Shown here in pieces: positions 60,264 to 64,000 of a stretch of 64,000 nt of DNA. The notes beneath the pieces were generated by a model that worked only from the letters and a program-made list of their open reading frames with translations, made no database searches and was not told where the DNA came from. The position numbers and the translations under genes are program-made. The number at the start of each line of letters is the position of its first letter. Positions within the stretch are counted from its first letter, which is position 1. Origin of the DNA: Terriglobia bacterium (lineage in GTDB: Bacteria; Acidobacteriota; Terriglobia; JAJPHL01; JAPKYU01). The stretch spans positions 608,001 to 672,000 of the forward strand of contig CBDBKE010000004.1 of assembly GCA_965206645.1 (NCBI GenBank), written 5' to 3'.

Positions 60264-60488
60264 GTACGCGAGGTGCTGGAGGAAGTGCGCGCCGAAATCC
60301 GCTCCGGCGGACTGGCAAGCGCCCGCAACGTGGGTATGAAAACTTCTCTGCTCCGCGAAATTCCTTCAGTGGATGAACTACTGGGCCGGCCGGAACTGTC
60401 GGAGCTGGCCGCACAAGTCAACCGTGGCTACGTGGCAGAACGCGTACGCGAGGTGCTGGAGGAAGTGCGCGCCGAAATCCGCTCCGGC
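60264..60488 (+). repeat. Exact 45-bp direct repeat (60264-60308 and 60444-60488)
   Basis: GTACGCGAGGTGCTGGAGGAAGTGCGCGCCGAAATCCGCTCCGGC occurs twice, 180 nt apart. Confidence 0.9.
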
Positions 60489-61697
60489 ACGGGAGGAGAA
60501 CACCCGCTGGCCAACCTGGAAGCGCGCATCGCTGAGCGGGTCCGGAACGTCCTGGAGCCGTCGTTGGGCACGGTGATCAACGCCACCGGAGTCATCCTGC
60601 ACACCAATCTGGGGCGCGCACCGCTGGCGGCCGAGGCCGTCGCACGGGTGGGTGAGGTCGCTGGCTCCTACAGCAACTTGGAGTACGACCAAGCCCGGGG
60701 CAAGCGCGGCAAGCGCGACGTGCATATCGCCCGCCTGCTCCGCCAACTGCTGGGGGCGCCGGCGGTGGTGGTTAACAACAACGCCGCCGCACTGCTGCTG
60801 GTGCTGAACACGCTGGCCGAAGGCGGCGAGGTGGTGGTCTCGCGTGGTGAGCTGATCGAGATTGGCGACTCATTTCGCATTCCCGACGTGATGGCCAAGA
60901 GCGGAGCGGTGCGCCGCGAGGTGGGCACCACCAACCGCACGCGCCTTGCCGATTACGAGGCCGCTATCGTGCCGGGCCGGACCCGCCTGCTGCTCCGAGT
61001 CCACCCAAGCAACTACCGCATTGTGGGCTTTACCGAACGTCCCTCGCTTGAGGAACTTGTCGGGCTGGGGCGCCGCGCGGGCGTGCCCGTGGTCGAAGAC
61101 CTGGGCAGCGGCTGCTTGCTGGATTTGCGTCCCTTCGGCATCACCGACGAGCCGCTGGCCGGTGACAGCCTGAAGGCCGGCGTCGACCTGGTCAGCTTCA
61201 GTGGCGACAAGTTGCTGGGCGGGCCGCAGGCGGGCATCATCGCCGGCCGGCAGGATTTGGTCGAGCAGGTACGCCGCAACCCGCTGTTTCGCGCCCTGCG
61301 TGTGGACAAGATGACTTACGCAGCGCTCGAAGCCACGCTGGCGATTTACTTGCGCGGCGAGATCAACGCGCTACCCGTGATGCACATGATCCACGCCAGC
61401 TCCGACGAAATTGCCACGCGCGCCCGCGCGCTGGTCGCCGGACTGCCGCTGCCGGTGGAGCTGGTGCCTGGCGAGTCGGTGGTGGGCGGCGGTTCCACCC
61501 CCGGCCAGTCGCTCACGACCACACTGATCGCCCTCGCGCACCCCACGCTGAGCGCTACCGAGGTCGAAGCACGCCTGCGGGCCTCCACTCCGCCCGTGAT
61601 TGCCCGCGTCGAGCAGGACCGCGTACTGCTCGACCTGCGTACCGTGCTCCCCGACCAGGACTCCCCCCTCCGCCGCGCCCTCGAAACCCTTTCGTAA
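60336..61697 (+). CDS. selA: L-seryl-tRNA(Sec) selenium transferase
   Basis: LREIPSVD, INATGVILHTNLGRA, VNNNAAA, EVGTTNRT, VHPSNY, EDLGSG, FSGDKLLGGPQAG. Confidence 0.96.
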   Translation: MKTSLLREIPSVDELLGRPELSELAAQVNRGYVAERVREVLEEVRAEIRSGTGGEHPLANLEARIAERVRNVLEPSLGTVINATGVILHTNLGRAPLAAEAVARVGEVAGSYSNLEYDQARGKRGKRDVHIARLLRQLLGAPAVVVNNNAAALLLVLNTLAEGGEVVVSRGELIEIGDSFRIPDVMAKSGAVRREVGTTNRTRLADYEAAIVPGRTRLLLRVHPSNYRIVGFTERPSLEELVGLGRRAGVPVVEDLGSGCLLDLRPFGITDEPLAGDSLKAGVDLVSFSGDKLLGGPQAGIIAGRQDLVEQVRRNPLFRALRVDKMTYAALEATLAIYLRGEINALPVMHMIHASSDEIATRARALVAGLPLPVELVPGESVVGGGSTPGQSLTTTLIALAHPTLSATEVEARLRASTPPVIARVEQDRVLLDLRTVLPDQDSPLRRALETLS

Positions 61698-61729
61698 CAA
61701 GCTTTCTAGAGCCAGTGCACCTGGCTCAC

Positions 61730-62596
61730 TTATTTCTGCTTGGCAAACGAGTCCCACGTTCCCTTTAAGGCTTCATAGAATCTCTTGTCTCCTCCGCCTT
61801 CACTGGAAACCGGAAACGAAACGACACCATCATCGGCCAGTTTCCGGTAGACCTGGCTGTCCTCCCACGTGGACCTGGAGAATTCTATGTCCATGCCTTT
61901 TATCTCTGCGAAAGGAAGAACCAGGGCTGGTTGCTCATATTCCCTCTTATAAACGACCACCTTGCGGTCGGTAAAAAGGTAGAACCCTTCTTCCATTATG
62001 TTGATGAACGCATCGGAATAGAAAAATCTAACCTGCTCTCCGGGTTCCAGCAAATCTAGCGCGCGAATCTTTGAAAGGAATTTCTGGGGCACCTGCGCTC
62101 CGGGAACAACCTCAATATCCGGACCGACGATAAACGCGTACACGAGTAGGCCCACGAGAGCCACAGCCAGAAACGCGAACACTCCTCCCAGTATCCACAA
62201 CCACTTAGGCATTCTGGAACCCTCTCTTTCTGGGGTAGTTTGCACACTCAAGGAATGGTAGGCGAATGTCCCTCGAATCCCTTGGAAAAAGAAATAGCCG
62301 AACAAAATTGCCATGGGCACCCCTCGCACGCTGCCCACGGTCGCCCACAGGATGATCTTTGAACCGACAAAATAGACGAACAGCAGCACAGCACAAATGC
62401 GGCTCTTTTTGTATAGGCCGAACGCAAGGCCAAGAATGACTACGACGTCGATCAGACTCCACCAATCAATACCCAGTTCGGCGAAAACCGTCGAGCCAGA
62501 AGCGGCAACCAAGATGACCAACAGCGTAATCCCTGCCGAGATGAGACCGGCCACCCAAGCCTGCTTGATGTGTTTCAATGCAGCTTCTTGTGTCAT
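61730..62596 (-). CDS. Hypothetical membrane protein with soluble C-terminal domain
   Basis: About 5 TM segments followed by a beta-rich domain; appears lower in GC than its neighbours. Confidence 0.65.
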   Translation of the reverse strand: MTQEAALKHIKQAWVAGLISAGITLLVILVAASGSTVFAELGIDWWSLIDVVVILGLAFGLYKKSRICAVLLFVYFVGSKIILWATVGSVRGVPMAILFGYFFFQGIRGTFAYHSLSVQTTPEREGSRMPKWLWILGGVFAFLAVALVGLLVYAFIVGPDIEVVPGAQVPQKFLSKIRALDLLEPGEQVRFFYSDAFINIMEEGFYLFTDRKVVVYKREYEQPALVLPFAEIKGMDIEFSRSTWEDSQVYRKLADDGVVSFPVSSEGGGDKRFYEALKGTWDSFAKQK

Positions 62597-62635
62597 CTCT
62601 TTAGTCCTGGCTTGCTGATGTCTCCCCCTGACGAA

Positions 62636-63628
62636 TTAGTTCCACCAGGGGATGCGGGAGGAGTGGGAGCGGCGGCGATCGAGGCGCCACAAACCGGCTG
62701 CCCGTGCGGCTTCCAGAGCCCACTCGTATTCGCCTTCGCTAATTCCGCGACCGATTCCCACGAACTGGGCGCCCGCGACGCGCCCCGCCGGGTAGTACTG
62801 GTCCATGAGGTTGACGTAGGTGTCGGGCGAGATTTCCTCGGCCAGAAAGCGCATGATGGAGGCGGTGCCGGCAATCTCACCCGGCATGATCAGGTGCCGC
62901 ACCAGCACGCCCCGCTTGGCCATGCCCCGCTCGTCGAACTTCAGCGCGCCCACCTGCCGGTGCATCTCCCGGATGGTCCGTCGCGCCGCCTCCGGATAGT
63001 CCCTGGCCTTCATGTAGCGGAGGGAAAGCTTGGGGTCCCAGAACTTGAAGTCCGGCATGTAGACGTCCACGACGCCGTCCAGCAGGTGGAGGCTGTCGAG
63101 CGAGTCGTAACCCGAGGTGTTGTAGACGATGGGCAACCGCAGTCCTGCCTCAACAGCGATCGGCAGCGCCTCGAGCACCTCGGGCACCACGTGCTCCGGG
63201 GTAACGAAATTGACGTTGTGGCAGCCTTGGGCCTGCAGCTCCAGCATCATCTCAGCAAGCTGCTCGGGCGGCGTCTCCGGTCCGCGGTGCGCCTGGCTGA
63301 TGTCGTAGTTCTGGCAGAAGACGCAGCGCAGGTTGCACATCGAAAAGAAAATGGTGCCGCTGCCCCGCGAGCCCCGCAGGCAGTCCTCCTCGCCGAAGTG
63401 CGGAAAGTGGCTGCTCACCTGGGCGTAGCGGCCGGTGTGGCAGGCGGCGGTCTTGTCGACCGTGCGATCCACGCCGCAGTTGCGCGGGCAGACCAGGCAG
63501 TGCGACAGCCGCGTTACCGCCTCCTCGGCTCGCCGGTGCAGCTCGCCGCTGCGGTGTAGAGCCATGTAGGCAGGCTCAAAGTTTTGGCTGAGAATGGCGA
63601 AGTCGGCTGCGCTTGCTTTCGATGCCAT
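62636..63628 (-). CDS. Radical SAM protein, PflX-like
   Basis: CLVCPRNC, HFGEE..GSGTIFF, CNLRCVFC, VYNTSGYD, DVYMPDFK, VRHLIMPG. Confidence 0.88.
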   Translation of the reverse strand: MASKASAADFAILSQNFEPAYMALHRSGELHRRAEEAVTRLSHCLVCPRNCGVDRTVDKTAACHTGRYAQVSSHFPHFGEEDCLRGSRGSGTIFFSMCNLRCVFCQNYDISQAHRGPETPPEQLAEMMLELQAQGCHNVNFVTPEHVVPEVLEALPIAVEAGLRLPIVYNTSGYDSLDSLHLLDGVVDVYMPDFKFWDPKLSLRYMKARDYPEAARRTIREMHRQVGALKFDERGMAKRGVLVRHLIMPGEIAGTASIMRFLAEEISPDTYVNLMDQYYPAGRVAGAQFVGIGRGISEGEYEWALEAARAAGLWRLDRRRSHSSRIPWWN

Positions 63629-63716
63629 CGAACTCAGGCAACTCTCGGTCAATTATAACCCCGGGCTCAAGGGCACTGTGGCAGTCTGAAACTCGCTGCT
63701 ACGTGGACGTGCGGAG

Positions 63717-64000
63717 TCAGGCGCGCAGCGTGTGGCCTTCGGAGCGGGCGACGTAGGCGGCCGTGACCACGTCGCCGGTGATGTTGAGCACGGTGCGGCA
63801 CATGTCCAGCAGGCGGTCCACTCCCAGGATGATCCCCAAGCCCTCCCAGGGCACGCCGACGGTCACCAGCAGGGCCCCCACCATGGGCAGCGAGCCTCCC
63901 GGCACGCCGGCGGTACCCACTCCTGCCAGAATGGAGAGTAGCACCACGCTGACCTGGGCGCCCAGACTCAACTCCACGCCGAAGAACTGCGCCAGGAACA
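63717..64000 (-). CDS. Dicarboxylate/amino acid:cation symporter (GltP family), 3' end only
   Basis: GTAGVPGGS, GVDRLLDMCRTVLNITGD. Confidence 0.9.
   Translation of the reverse strand, partial: FLAQFFGVELSLGAQVSVVLLSILAGVGTAGVPGGSLPMVGALLVTVGVPWEGLGIILGVDRLLDMCRTVLNITGDVVTAAYVARSEGHTLRA

Noticed and set aside
60336-64000. Selenoprotein with in-frame TGA or tRNA-Sec near selA
   Set aside because: No interrupted ORF with TGA at a Cys position and no tRNA-Sec seen by eye; trxA has a normal CGPC

Overview
GC-rich bacterial chromosomal window. The expanded STAS proteins, the Hanks kinase with TolB-N-like domain and a TIGR03437-like tail suggest Acidobacteriota (inference from protein styles). 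Most of it is housekeeping: murJ, xerD, tRNA nucleotidyltransferase, menG/ubiE, aroB, nadB, tatA/C, S41 protease, trxA, glgA, rsmA, argJ, rnj, uppP, ftsK, two M16 peptidases and selA, plus tRNA-Ala(CGC) and tRNA-Phe(GAA). An IS-rich, decaying accessory region starts at the tRNA-Phe 3' end (IS256, two IS3 elements, gene remnants, otsB-like phosphatase, MacAB-like exporter, enolase-family dehydratase). Two signalling arrangements stand out. (1) A co-oriented cluster at 26341-30046: ECF sigma, zinc anti-sigma, AhpD-like protein, a Ser/Thr kinase fused to a C-terminal globin, and a STAS protein; it is a candidate O2/NO/redox-sensing phospho-switch, and its globin appears to carry an internal deletion. 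(2) An Mla/MCE transporter operon headed by an RsbW-type kinase translationally coupled to a phosphorylatable STAS protein (3967-8176). Also noted: an unannotated 42-aa membrane sORF, a MITE-like element, a flavoprotein lacking its Fe-S cysteines and an in-frame amber in a secreted protein. All protein calls come from motif recognition by eye; no database searches were run.
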